This document shows, piece by piece, positions 1-14,264 of a stretch of 64,000 nucleotides of DNA. The notes under the pieces were generated by a model, which had not been told where the DNA came from, did no database searches, and was given only the letters and a program-made list of their open reading frames with translations. Location: NCBI RefSeq assembly GCF_902652985.1, contig NC_047022.1, positions 22,010,001 through 22,074,000 on the forward strand. Direction: 5' to 3'. Positions within the stretch are counted from its first letter, which is position 1; every line of letters begins with the position of its first letter. The translations under genes were made by a program, and so were the position numbers. This stretch comes from Pecten maximus. Lineage: Eukaryota.

Positions 1-3000
1 AACGACTTTGTCTCTATTGTATTTCCGTGCGATGTTATCAAGAGTGTGTAGTCTCCCTTGAATCCACGTATTGTTTGGTTGTGAAGGCTGCTGGTCATGT
101 TGGTCCGCCATTTTCTATAGAGCTGTTGATATCTTGTTCCTGCTGCATTCGGCTGAATAATATTGATGTTTATTTGATATCGGTGAGTAATTCCATTGTA
201 GAGATACATGTACTACGTCGGTTGTACAACGCAAATAAACGTTTATTGCAGATCAATGAAATATAGAAAATTATTCATTTTACCTAAGTGAAAAATATCA
301 CATTTTCTGATTTTTTTCACTCGGCGCTTTTTCGGATTTAATCAATCAAAACACTGATTACAAACGAAGATGGGAGAACTTTAAAGCTGCCCGGTAGATT
401 TGTCTATAAACTATATTAAACAGAATATTCAACATTATCTTCAGTAATACTAAATATATTTCACTCCTGTGTTTAACAGTTTGATATTTTTAACAAAATA
501 TAAGCCCCTTTCGTAAAATATATTTGGTATTTCTGAAGATACTATTAGATATCCTCTATGTATTTAAGATAAGTATTTAATAAGAATAAACAAAACCCCA
601 AAATGTATTGTTTTTTTGTTAGATTTTGATGATCATTTGCATGCAGGGTTACTCGAAATGGAAAATAAGTTACTGACTGATAATGCCGTATTTTACTGAT
701 GAATAACATAGGATGGTCATTAAAGCAACAATTATAAAAGTTTGTTGACACTTACCGTGCAATTGGGACCATGTGCTAATGCAATCCCCTGACTGTACAC
801 GTGTAAATCGGAGTATCCCCATAGCAGCACGCCCTCAACCAATGGATGACTGAAGTACAGGGTTAGGAGATTCTCTAGTTGGTCCGCCTTGTTAGCCTCG
901 TTGTGATCGTCAACTGTCAGCTCTGTAATCCACAGGGGCAGGCCAGTCTCGGCAATCTTGTTAAGCCTATACTGAAAACAGCAAGGGAATACATAACCAA
1001 TGAACGGAATTTCTCAATGATATCTTATTTTGTAATATTTTACTTAAAAGGTGCATTTATTGAAAAAAAAACAGCATGAAAATTATAATCATTTGAATTA
1101 CAATGTATTGATGCAAAGCTATTACGTGCGTGATTCTAATCGACTTGCAAAGCTTTGACGTAATACAGGTCAATATGGCGCCGAACATGAACTCATATTA
1201 TTGTAATTGGTTACGTGAGCAACTTCATCCATTGTTACATTAGAAACAAACAGACTGGTAACGTAATGGAATAAAAATAAATCCTTTTCTTAGTTAAATT
1301 ATTTTGAGCTAGTTCGTGATTTTTTCTTGATAAAATTGTTTATCTATGATCTACAGTTATTCATACAATGTACATACATATTCCACTGACATTTTGAAAA
1401 CTACATTTTATATGCTCTTACCTCAACTGTTGTCATATCTTGGTTGGAAGTCTTAAAGTGACTTTGGATCCCTGCGCCATATATTGGCATTCCAGCGTCC
1501 TTAAATCGTCTAACGTGCTCTTTATATGCCTGCAAGTGTTTTGAATTTACACGTGATATTCTATATATAGCTCCATGTTTAGAGACAAGATACATTGTAG
1601 TATCATTGTTACATTAATAATCAGGATGTACTAGTTTAATTGCATTTTTGTTCATAAAATTCACATTATATGATATGACTTACCGTTGTTGAGAAATGAC
1701 TACTGACAACATTGAAGTCGTTCAGGAAAAGTTTGACACCCGGCTCCGCCTGATGCATCCATTGAAACATATCTTGTGTTATGTTCGGGTTGTCTAGGTG
1801 TCGGGCGAAATAGTTTCCGTGTATATCCTCGTTGTTTACATCCCAATGTTCCAATCTTTAACACAGACAACAATATATACAATTGACTCTGCAACTTAAC
1901 GATTACACAAAGCAAAATACTGTTGTAGTGTATAAGAGCGCGTAATGATGCAAAGCAACGAACTCTTACCTTATATAACATGTTGGAAAATTCATTAATT
2001 CAGTAACTCAGGCTTGACTTTCTATAGAAGTGGTAAAGGAAAGAAAGAATGGAGATTATTATTTAATGTTTCTTTTGTATCTTCTATCTTGTTCACCTTG
2101 TGTTTCAACTCACTTTCCTCTAGTGTGTGATATCATATCATTCAGATGTGTGTGCATTGCCTGTAGAAGTTGTTGTTCCGACATGGGCGATAACCACTTT
2201 GGTACACTCTGGTCCGCAGCCCAGTACATATTGTGACCTCTGATTTTGATGCTACAATTACATTAAATCCATTATTGATTATTTGAATTTATGATAGATG
2301 ATTGACTGACTGGATCACATGCCTAAGGTTCTGATAAGTATTTATAGAAAACAATATTAACGCATTCTTTTACTTTATCTACAAGGACGATGCATCGACT
2401 GTGGGACGGAAGTAGGTTAATAATTGGTTGACAATTATAGGGCTCATACAACTAAATAATTTACTATATGTTGTTACTAGTGACTCCATCCCTTAATTTG
2501 CTCGTTTGAAGTTCAAATGATGTGAAATTTATATCAAATTAAAGTTTGAAGCTGTTTCTATCAGATAGGATAAATGTTATTATTGTATAGCTTTAATGGC
2601 ATATAGGAGAACACGGGTACTCGAAAGACAGTAACCCTGACATTTACAGTACACTGGTGAACCCCCACCTGGGGAATTCCCGCCTTTTTCACCTGGAATC
2701 CTACATCATTCTATTTTCAGTTGGAACGTATATTTTTGATTTTCCAAATATCAAGACCATATTCTTTATTCTCGTATATAAAAAGTACCCATTGCATATG
2801 TTATTTACTCAGGAAACAGCTACCTAAGAAACACATTTTCCTCAGGGACTTGGTTCAGATGAAACACCATCTGACTGGCTGATTTAGATGTGTGAGTCCT
2901 TTAAGTCAGTCAGTCTGTAAATGTGTTTAGTTAATGAGTAAATCAGTAAATGGGTAAGTGTTGGGCGAGTGAGGAGAATGGGTCACTCAGTGAGCCAGTT

Positions 3001-6000
3001 AGTCAATCAGTCAATAAGTAGAAGCTTTCACTACAATCATCGAAGGTGCTTTGCAATTAGAAATTGAAGCAGAAAATTTTAGATGATATATCTCTATTTC
3101 AATTATCTACATAATATGCTTATGCTTTACTTGCCCCCTAGAACGCATTGCATTGATAGCTGCCATTGGTCTATCAAAGTTGGCATGTCCCTGAAATAAA
3201 CACAATTAAAAATGAGGAATTGTTGCTGTAAGGTAAATAACTAATTTAAGTGCCCACTTCCATCAATATTAGGGTAGATACAAACAGTAGCACAAACAAT
3301 ATCACATAAATGATTGATTTGGTCAAATATGAGTCACCGTATACCGAAATGAAAGTGATTTTTGTTATTTACATATTGATATTTGTAGTATTACCTGCGT
3401 CCATTCCATCAGTCTCCATTTGAGTGCATTTTCTATAACTGCCCATTCAAAGTTATTATAAAAGAAATCCTGATAGCCTGTTTGGGCTGGGTCATGGATG
3501 GCATCGGCGTTGATAGCTGTACCGAATGCAAAGGCATTCTTCGTTTGCTTCAGCTATGAAAATATTTTTTAGACCTAAAATCAGCATCTGGGGAAATTAT
3601 AATGTAGTTATACTCCTGAATTAAAAAAAACCAAACTAGTGATATGAATGGTCGAACATTAGTAAATACTTTTACGAGTTGGAAAGACATCGCCATATGA
3701 TACAATGTTATTAAATTCCAGTGTTTTGCTTGCACCATACGATTGCCCGCATCGTAAGATTGCCCGCACAAACCAAAATAATGGTTTCATAATCTAAAAT
3801 CTGCAGATTGCCGCTCCGATGTTTTGTCCACGGGCTATCTGCTATGTGATTATGTACACGTTCACCATCAGGGAACACTCTCGCTGTGTATTGTACTCCT
3901 TTGCATCAGATGGTTTACATCCAAGCACATGCTACTCCATTTAACACCGATTTGCGCTCTATCACAGTGATAAAACATCATATTGCACGCTCTTGGGATT
4001 GTTCTGTGGCGTCACCTTTTAGCTTATACATGTCCGCCAAGTTGCGCGAGAGTACAATACGATGTTTTATCAATGATGCGATAATTATGATGCTTGATGA
4101 ATATTATGGCATAAGATCCAATTAAAATTACATGTGATCATACCTTTAGCTTTCTGTGATTTGAATTTCACACCGAAATGAAATAAAACATTGATGGCAA
4201 TCCGTTTCTATCGAATTGATGATATAAGGAGTGAACAAATATCGACAGAGGCCGGATAATTGTAAAATATATAATTCTTTGTTAATAACACATAACACTG
4301 CTGTGAAATAGCGTAGCGTCATAATAAATTTAATAGGAGTGTATCATAATATCCCACAAATTATAAGAACTACCTTAAACAGTTATGACAGCTATGTTAT
4401 AGAACTGTAAGTATTAATTTCCACAATTGACATACCGATATGATATTGCAAATCCACACTATTAAAAAGTCTGGATGTAATTTATTTTCCAGATGTAATA
4501 TTTTACACCTTAAATATTAAGTTCACATATATTTTTACAAATACATATTTTCGTGCATAATATTAATATTGTATATCTCGACAAATCTTATGTCTGGCAG
4601 TATCTGGAATTAGAGTTTTTCAATACTTATCTATACTTTTACCTCTATTTGTAGATTTGAAGTGTCTATTCCATGTCCGTTCGTAATTCTGAAGATAAAT
4701 CATAAAAAATAATATGCATACATTAACATAATTTGCTAAATTGAAGTGACGAAATGTATGAACAAAGCTTATGATAAAAAATTACGCAATTATGTAGTCT
4801 AGTCAATTTACATAATTATACAATCACATCATTGGGTATAATAAAATAATTAGCCTTACTGGACATTGATGTCAGATTTCCTAATTGTCTCTATCCTGGC
4901 ATTAGCTTCGGATTTCCAGTCAGAATCGGTCGGGAGCTCCTTGAGACTCATGGAATCAATCAGATAATTAACATCCTTATTATCAACTTGAACATAGATC
5001 GTGATTCTATTCAATCCTGAAGAAAAAAGAGTTGATAATCGTCATTAAATAAAGTATCATAAATTGACGTCAATAATCTACATAGAATGTATCTTACAGT
5101 TATATTTATTCTGTGTTTGGTGTTATATAATTTAATCGTGCTCGCCGCAAGCATATTAATTGGCTTAAAACAACATCGGTCTATTTTTTTCATGTTCGAT
5201 AAATTCTATTGACATTTGATGGTATTAGTCAAAAGGATCAAATAAAAGGCCAAGCCTATATAAATTCTCTCCTAATGTGGCAAGGGAATTGTATTAATAT
5301 AAAATTAGATATATAAATTTATTATGAAATGAAAAAAAAAAACATGTATAACGAACATTTAAGGGAGGTAACTCAAATATAAACATTCACACATATTCAT
5401 ACATTTTGACTATATATACATGTATACATAGACTAATATTTGATAATAAAATATTCAATATGAACTATATCTACATGAATCAGTCATTGACTGGCATTGA
5501 CAAAAAGTCCTTGTGCATTTATGCACAGGTCGTAAACGGAGAATGTCTAATATCATTATACCTAGGACATTCAAAGAAATAATGCGAAATAGTTTCGTTT
5601 TCAATATCACTGGCAGAGGTTAGAAAGTTAAATAAATGATCATTAAATAAATGAAAATTTAAATTGCTACATGAATTTCTAAGCTGACAGATAATGATAT
5701 TGGCCTTTCTATTTCCTTCAAATTTGAAAATTTGAAGTGACTCACATACATGTACAGCATTAATATTATTATTAAGTTTGCATTTAAAAGCTACTAGAAA
5801 AGAAGAGTTGAAGAGGTCAGGATTAGCATTGTTAGTTGTGCGGCACATTTGGGGGAAGACACTGTCAAAGTAATTGTTAGTAGATGATTGAATAGTCGTG
5901 ATTGTCTTGGGGAATACGTGTTATCATTTTGGTTGTTAATTAAAGGAATACGGATATCTCGCAAGTATTGGGGTGATAGTCCATGACGTATTTTGTTTGT

Positions 6001-9000
6001 GTTTATTTCTTCTATCTGACAGAGATTCCCAGCCAATTTCTTCATATAATGTGTGATGTTCCTGATCTGAGTCATGTTATGGTTTTGGTTGCTTCTAACT
6101 GAACAGATTCTAATAATTGTTTTGATTGGTGTGTGCAGTTATCCCAGATTATGTCTGCATATTCTAAAATTGGTGTTATAAATGCTGTGTATATTTTGAT
6201 TAAAGACTTACGATTCACTTTAAATTTTATTTATCGAAGAATATTTCATCTACTGTATGCTTTTCTATATGTATTAAGGATGTGTTCTTTCCATATTGCG
6301 TCTTCTTGTAGTGTAAGTCCAAGATGTTTGTGAACTACTGTGTCTGTAATTTGTCTATTTTGGAAAGTTATTGGAGGGTGATTTTTGTTCTATTTCCTTG
6401 AAAAGATTACTGATTTAGTTTTGTTAGGGTTAAATTTAATATCCCAAATACCTGCCCACTTACCAATATCATTAAAAGTTTAATATTACTTGAAACATTA
6501 TCAGTGATGTCATTTATATAGAGGGGAAAGAGAAGAGGTCCAAGAACTGATCCTTGAGGTACCCCTGCATTTACAACTTTGAATTGTGAGTGATAATCCT
6601 TCGGTAGAGGCTCTTTGTATTCTGTCCGAGAGCTAATTTTGAAACCATAAAAGTAAATTTACATCAATTCCATACATTTAAATTTTTCTATAAGACCTTC
6701 GTGCCAGACTCTGTCAAATGCTTTACTTACATCACAGAAAATAAACCTTCTTTTCCCTTGTCCATTTTACTAGATATCTCATTATAAATTTACTGTGGAA
6801 TCACCTGGTATAACACCAGACTGATGCTTTGTTAAGATTGAATTTTCAATTAAATAGTTAAAAGATATTTAAATATAATTTTTTCGACCATTAAGTTATA
6901 GATATTGGCCTATAGTTTAAAACATCATCTTGCTCATTGATGTGAATACTAGTTAATGAGTGGGGAGCATATGGTTGTGCTGTCTGGGGCAACTCAAGAT
7001 CAAGTGATGATGTTGAAATATTAGTAAAGTTATTGTTGAGGAACTCTGCTTTGTCAATAGGATGATAGATAAGTTGATCATCAGATCAAGAGGAGGAATA
7101 TATTTGTATTGATGAAGCATAACGAAAAAAATAAATAAAAAGATGGTAGTTTTTAAAGGGACTATATAGTTAAAAAAAACTATGAGAAAATGATATAAAA
7201 CGTTATATTTTCTATGAGTATGTTACAAAACTAACACCTCCTGTCATTGCAACCATTTATGATATATATCTAAAGAATAAAGAATGTAAACATTGCGGTC
7301 TCGATCTAATTAATAAATCACCGGTCGTAACCTGTTAGTTGAGAAAGAGCATGGCGGACGTAAGCATGTAAATGCAACGGGGACATGAAAGTTACCTCAA
7401 GGAAAGTGCCAGAAAGCGTAAGAGGAAGAAGTCAGACCAGAAAATAGGACAAGCAGTAATCTATATTAGACAGGAGATTGATAGACGGCGAAAGTTGAAG
7501 GAGGATCTTGGACTGAATACGGATTCGGAATTCGCGAAGCTGTTACTTGACACGTTATCTTGATTTTAGCATATAATTCTAGCGTATCCAATTGCCGTTG
7601 ATTGTGATCCGGTATCCAGAGTTGAATCTATAAGTGTGTTATGAATAATACTTCTAAAGGTGTCCTTTGATCATGATTAAATGATAAAATGATGAACGAC
7701 GAATATGTGTGAGTAATTTGGAGTCATCATCATATCAAATACATTAGTGAACATATTGCAAAAATCATCATCATTATCTTTGGTGAGCATATTTGAACAA
7801 AGCATCATCATCTTCATCTGTGGTGACAGGACTTTTTCTCATTGGTTTGGGATGGGGTCTTTTTGTATCTTTTTGGAAAGAAACTTTGAGAATCGTGAAA
7901 GAATTTTTTTTTAAATTTTGGGAATTTGGCTTTGAAATGAAATAATTCCAATTGGGAATGGCCCCAAAAAGCCCTCAGAAAAAGTCCCTGGTGTGAGCAT
8001 ATTTTGACAAAGAATTATCATCATCGTCATCCAAACTAAATAACCACATCATTATATGCATAGTTATCGCAGAGACTGAGACAAACGTGTTTGTCATACA
8101 TTTGTACTTTTGTTTAACATATAAGAAAAGTATCGGTTAATCAATCCTGGATGCCTTAAAACTGATGTATTGTACAAAGTCATCAGGGAGGACCTGTCCC
8201 TAATTTTATAGACTGCACAGCTTGGGAAATTGCTGTAAAACAAGGACAACGGAATGTTCGGATAGTTTAATCCTCTATCACTCTGAGAAGCTGGTGATAA
8301 TGTACATTGTATATGGTATAATATATAATTAGCTAACATAGTGTTGATCTAAATTAAAACCCAAGCCATTAAACTTTTCTTATAACACTTGATACACTTG
8401 AAAAGTAGATAGATACTGGACTAAGTCATTACTTTTGGCTTTCATTGTTTTTAACATGTTCTACAAGTACATGGGAGGCATAGAGTTAGCCTAGCTCTGT
8501 GTGCCATATACATAAGTCACACTGTTTATTACTTGCATGTATTGATATCAAATATATTGATGTCAGTTGAATGGAAAACGATATCTATCTAAACAGAGAA
8601 AGTATCAATTCCTCTGCATATCTGCAAAAAATACAGTAACATTCCAGTTAAAAATCTGAGAGAATACAGAGAGACAATAAGTCTATGTTTCGATTGTAAT
8701 TACCCCCTTTGGGGCCCCACTAGTTTAGCGCCAGTGATGAACAAAGTTGATTATCGCACGACAAAGCCACAACAAAATTTCTAAGTTTAATTGTTTAAAC
8801 CTATATGTTATACACTATGTAATCTTTACTGCAAACAAAAATTAACAGAAATACGCAAAAGTGAGTGTCATGTCTAAGACGTGTGTTTGTTTACACTTGC
8901 CTCTTGATCCATTTTTTTTTTTTTTTTTTTTGCGACGGAAGTTAATGACGTGACGAGCCATGTGACCGATTCGGCTTTCCTCGTAATTAATCGAGCGTAC

Positions 9001-12000
9001 TCGTGTTTACAAACAACTCTCAAGATAAACAATGCTCCAGCCCCGAAAATATGTATAAAATCAAAACAAATCTGACGGTGTAGGCGCGCATATATCTTAT
9101 TATTCATAGGCCGAATTCTACAATTCCCTGAGGTTGAAATCTAATTAGGTAATAGTCCCTTTAAAGGCACTCTTCTGCATCATACTTTTTCACTTTTGTG
9201 TTAAAGCTTAGAGTGCAACTTACTTTCAATAAAATAAGTTATAAATTCATATTTATGTTATACATAGAAGTGTACTTAAATATTAAATATGTCACCTTTG
9301 TAATTTTGCTTATTAGTATTGCTCCACGTTATGCCTATGTGTCGTTATGGAAATACAAGCAATTTAGCCTTACACAAAATCTGTGATTTCAATTAGAGCC
9401 AATAACATTCGCTCCTACAGTGTAAATATAATACTCAATTCTACTTGGCATACTTTGTGATATTTGGAATATGTTAATTAATTGAATTTTGCGTCGATTA
9501 CTTTTCCCTAATTGACTATTTCGGGCAGCACATGTTTTTATAGAAATGACGGATTATTTTTCAGTTTTTACATGATCACACGTAACATTGCTTTGACACA
9601 CCAAAACTGCTGGTGTACAATATATCCAATAGTAAGAGTCTCATTACGTCAGCTCTGGTACTGAACAAAAAGTCTGTCCTAATTTTATCTAGAAAGGATC
9701 CATCAGGAGTCATTTCTTAGTTTAATCGTATGCTAATCCATTCCTACAACTTACAGAATATTTTCACTAGCATAACTCTTTACCTCGGGTTGTAAGCATA
9801 AAGTCGCCTCCGATTTCCGTCCAACCAAACTCCTGTTGAACATGCCTGTCTTCAGATACCGTGAAGTAATGGGTATGACCTGAATTAGTGATTTCATAAA
9901 TTGTTAATAGTTATCTGATAAAGAAAAGTAACAAAACACTTATGTCATAGTATACCTGTATACGTTGCCAAAATTACTTATTTTTCAAATAACAAGGTGA
10001 GTGACGGTAAAATTTCAAGAGAAGTAAAACTTTCAAAGGATGTAGGTTAGTTATGGACTGCAGTATTGTTTGAAAGATATCTACATCTACAGTAACGTCA
10101 GCTTGACGTACATTCACAGTGTATTATACGTGAAACCAACATCGTATACAAATTGTCACGATAAGTAGGTACAAGAAATTAATGGCCGATAACTGCATGC
10201 ATTATGAAATTAAGATTTTGTATATTTTGATGAAAGATTTATATTTTTGTGTTGGGGTGGAAGGGGAGGTAATTATACAATTTGTAGTTAAAATTGACGT
10301 TCGATCTGTTGACATACCTTGCGCGTCTCCATTAATCATCACTTGTACTCTGTGGTACATAGAGCCTGGCGCTTTGTTAAGTAACTTGATGAATCCTTTG
10401 ATCACATACTTTTTTCCCGTTGTCACATGAACGTCATATCGAATACCAGCCCATGTTGCGTGGCTAAATGCAATACAGTATTCATAATGTAATAATGTGA
10501 AAACGAGTATCCTTTAACAAGATAATTCATTTGTTTGCTAGAAGTAGAAATGCCGGGTTGCAGCTACTATTTGAATGCATTATATTCTCTTTTATGTCTC
10601 CAATCGTTGCATTGCTGTATATGCATTATCTGGGCTGTTTAAAAATTCCAAAATTTCGTGTACATGCCGTTTGTACAGCGTGGCTTCATTAATGAGCATG
10701 TACTGATCAACATCATGGATGGCAAATTAAGCGTATGCTTATGAGTTGGTCAGTGATATAATTATTGGTGTGTTTATTTGTTTGTTTTTGGTTGTTTGCT
10801 GAGTTTATCGCTCCTGGAACAGCCAGGGTCAATTTGAGGGGTGGTCTCCTTGTAGTAGTGACTACCTCACTGTGGTCTCCTTGTAGTAGTGACTACCTCA
10901 CTGAACATCATACGGAAGGTCCGCCGCATGCCATGCAGAGTATTTCGGATATGTTTTCTCAAAAGACACAACAGCACAGGCCGGCCCGTATATAACCTTC
11001 CCGAGAACACAAATCGACAAGGGTAGGGGGAACTGCAACCACGCACCACAGACCTTCACCTGAGATTGGATTGTCGAATGAGCTATCGCGGCACCGGTAA
11101 GTGGAAAGAGGTCATTATTTTATAGACAGTTATACAACCTTTCCCTGAGTAAATGAAGTTTGTCTTGTGTACAGAGTTCACACGCCAGTGAATGGGACAA
11201 CACAAGTTATATATATACTGGTGGATAGAACGACAGAAATTGCGAGCAATAGCGAGAGTAAACTCCAACCCAACAAGTCACCAACACTACCACGGACCTC
11301 CTAAAATTATATCGTTGTGTCAATAACACACCTTCATACTAACTTTCACTGAACCCGAAAAATATTCAAATTTCGATTTCAGAGGCAATGAAATGGCGCC
11401 TATTTCGTCAAACCAGCGTTATCATGTTTCAATATGTTTTGTTACTTGACTGTATATGTAAATGTATATTATGTGTTTCTGATTTTCCTTTGTAAACAGT
11501 GTCAATAGAAACAACTATTGATTGCTGCTATTTGAAGTCAGAAAGGTTCTATTTTATCCAACGATCTATTATTTCTAATTACTGTAAAAGTGGATATTTC
11601 CGCGTGTGGAAATTTTCGCTAAGCCAGCTTCCAAAGTGTTCGCGGTGTGGATATTTTCGCGCCGTCAAGATATTTTTGCGCTAACTTGTATCTTTTATAT
11701 TTAGTATTTGTATGTGTTAATATATTCGCGTGTCGAAATTTTCGCGGAGATTTACTGATAGCGAAATAAGCGAAAATTTCCACCCCACCGCGAATATTTC
11801 CACTTTTACAGTATTTGTTGCTTAATTATGGAGCAAATCTGTGCAACTTGTATATGTCTTCTGCAGGTGCGTGAAAATCTAACCATTCAAATCACACCTT
11901 TCTAGGTGAATTAAACACTAACTCATAGTTCTCATTTTGTACGAGTTTGACGCCAAATAACTTAACTAGAATCCTATTTTGACATAAAGATTGTATAATG

Positions 12001-12363
12001 AATATACGATCGCATGTTTTCATGCAGATTAAGCTTTTCTGTTACTACATGTTGAATCGCTGTCTTTCAAATACAAGATGTTAAATCAATTAATTTCTAA
12101 TATGCTATTTTTAAAATATTTGTATCCATTAAACCCATTATTTCAACCCCTAATTTTGCGAATAAAGTTTAAACAAATGTTACGTACCGTTGAGTTACCT
12201 TTCCACTGTGCTGTCCATTCACGTGGTCGTTTGTCAAGGACAGATTACACGAGTTACACTGCCAGTTACCACTAAATTGATTACTCTCAAAATCGCCATT
12301 TTGGAACAATTCAGAAATAGCTTGTCCTACGCAAAGGCATAGGATAATTGAAACAAGCTTCAT
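1..12363 (-). CDS. GH10 endo-1,4-beta-xylanase-like glycoside hydrolase, copy A (signal peptide + CBM4/9-type module + GH10 barrel); multi-exon, 3' end outside window
   Basis: Manually spliced exons (minus): 12363-12188, 10463-10318, 9879-9784, 5016-4860, 4688-4643, 3553-3395, 3190-3135, 2251-2114, 1855-1684, 1529-1422, 971-756, 152-<1. All phases are compatible; introns are GT-AG except intron 7 (GC-AG). Motifs: MKLVSIILCLCVGQAIS signal, ELFQNGDFES (CBM start), FAFGTA, ENALKW, RGHNMYW, WDVNNE (acid/base), LFLNDFN, GIQSH, LWITEL (nucleophile), LLWG, RGFKGDY. Confidence 0.93.
5191..7117 (-). mobile_element. 5'-truncated, internally deleted copy of the same CR1-like LINE, in intron 3 of GH10-A
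   Basis: Reverse complement aligns with ~42575-45208 including the 3' UTR end; ORFs 5519-5848 and 6133-6333 closely match 44175-44561 and 43682-43882; the FADD region is deleted. Confidence 0.9.
7157..9160. mobile_element. Non-autonomous TTAA-targeting DNA transposon (Kolobok-like)
   Basis: TTAA|AGGGACTAT ... ATAGTCCCT|TTAA; contains short ORF 7372-7563 (RKRKKSDQK...LKEDLGLNTDSEFAKLLLD) resembling Kolobok-associated small proteins. Confidence 0.65.
7827..7990. mobile_element. Short TIR element (MITE) within the Kolobok-like element
   Basis: CAGGACTTTTTCT ... AGAAAAAGTCCCTG termini interrupting a local direct repeat (ggtgagcatattt..acaaag). Confidence 0.5.
10770..11100 (-). mobile_element. 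tRNA-SINE-like repeat, family 2
   Basis: (AAAC)n-type tail; shares gtctccttgtagtag..gactacct and cttcacctgag with copies at 21776-22000 and ~12720-12790; internal 31-bp tandem duplication at 10841-10902. Confidence 0.6.
11582..11811. mobile_element. MITE with TA target duplication (Tc1/mariner-type)
   Basis: TA|CTGTAAAAGTGGATATTT...ATATTTCCACTTTTACAG|TA; internal ttcgcg repeats. Confidence 0.8.
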
Positions 12364-14264
12364 TTCATTTATGATTAAACCTATAACGGGATACTGGAAA
12401 AGCTTGCGGTTATAACTAAAACACGACAACTGTCTAACATTGAAATGAAAGTGCAATGCTTATCAGTTTAAACAGAGGTCAAAGTTGATGAACAGAGCCT
12501 AATCATGTATGCTATTAGCTATATTTAGAATTCAGAACACTCTATAAATTGACCTCTTATCTAACAAAAAGTATACCTTTTGATAAGGTAAACAAGTAAG
12601 AAGATAGTGCCGACGTATTGATGAACTCTTATGACCTGGATCTGTTAGGGTTATAAATTCAATAACGCTATATATTTATACTCGATAGCTTACTTTATTA
12701 CGACTAATTGTTATATATGGCATGCGTGTGACGGGCCTCCTGCATGATGTTCAGTGAGATAGTCACCAGCTTCTACAAGGGGACTCAAAATAACCAAGGC
12801 TGTTCACTGGGCAATATACCAAGCCAAAAAAAGAGATATATTGTACGAATATCTATTATGTATTGTCCAATATCTGAAATTATCTTCTAAACACAGTGCT
12901 CTGTATAAATATCCCGAAGCAAAATACCCAAATCGGAAGAATAACTATCTTAATAAATACTGAAGTATGTTAACATTAAATACGCATCAATGTACAATAC
13001 GCCTGTGTTTCCTACCACCTGTTGTCACCTTAAGGAGAAGATCGCCTACACCTGTTGCTTAATCTCACTGAGTGTTTGTGTTGTCTTTAAGAATTACTGT
13101 TTCACGCCCCTTACAATATAATAAGAAGGCAGGGATGAGTGATATCTGAAATTTCCGATTTCTAGTTAGTAACATCAATGATTCCACTACCTACCGTGAT
13201 GACAAGACTGAGTTAATTCGATAGTCAAAGATTTATCCCCAATACCACGGTTTCCGTGGTAAACAACAAAGGCCGGCGGATAAATACATCAAAGTACTTT
13301 CTAGGTGTCTAGGTTCTTGCAGGTTATTGGAAGCAATCATGATCGACATTTAGACCTAATTCCCCAGGTCTGATATTATGTAAGATGCATTAGATGTTCA
13401 TTGACATACCTGGATGCTCCATTGTTATCATCTCAGTTCTCATTAGAGGACATGACACTTACTCGATTTGGCGTGGATTACATGACGGTGTTGTCGATGA
13501 AGCAGCAGACACTTCTTAAACACATAATCTTACTTTCTTTGTTCTTTTGAAAGGTATTCGTGTGAATCAATATTTGCGGATGCGTTATATCCTCGTTTTA
13601 TCGTTTAATTGAGTAGTTACAAGTTGGCGTTCTCTTAAGAGAGTATCATACATTTCACATATTATCTATGTATGTTGGATGATGTTGTATGTAACAGCTA
13701 GAATTCACAGATACTGACGTCTTGCTGTTCAAACTTACGTAGAGTATACACAATTGCTTAATATCATTGTAGTATTGAGCATCAACATCCTTATCGTACT
13801 GAGAAAAAGACATGGATGAGGGACTTTTGTTAAAAGTGTTATAAGAATGTGCCCTTGGAAGCCAATTGTATGTTTTTTAAAATCATATTCACGTATATTC
13901 AAATAACTCAAATCAAAACAACGTTAATTAGTTTTCCAAAGCTACGAGATTTGTTAGACCGACAAGCTTATTGAGTAAGGGATTCGGTAGAAAATATACA
14001 TGAAAAGTTTACGACGGCGCGTGACGATGGAATATTATCTATAATACATATTACAACTTTTTCTGTCAACATAAGGCGTACAAAAACACATTATCTTATC
14101 TATGTCTACTAGTTTAAACGCCGTCAGATTTCAGTACATTAGTACCTGGTTCATATTTTCTGACATATAAAGTAATCACAACAAGAGGAATTATTCTACA
14201 TGTAGTCTTTAATAGGCATTAAAAGATGCATTACAAACAGAACACGGATTGGTCGTCGACAATC

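Noticed and set aside
13400-14020. Faint resemblance to Penelope-like retroelement 3' remnants (also ~19660, ~27560, ~47260)
   Set aside because: Too degenerate to support without a repeat library.
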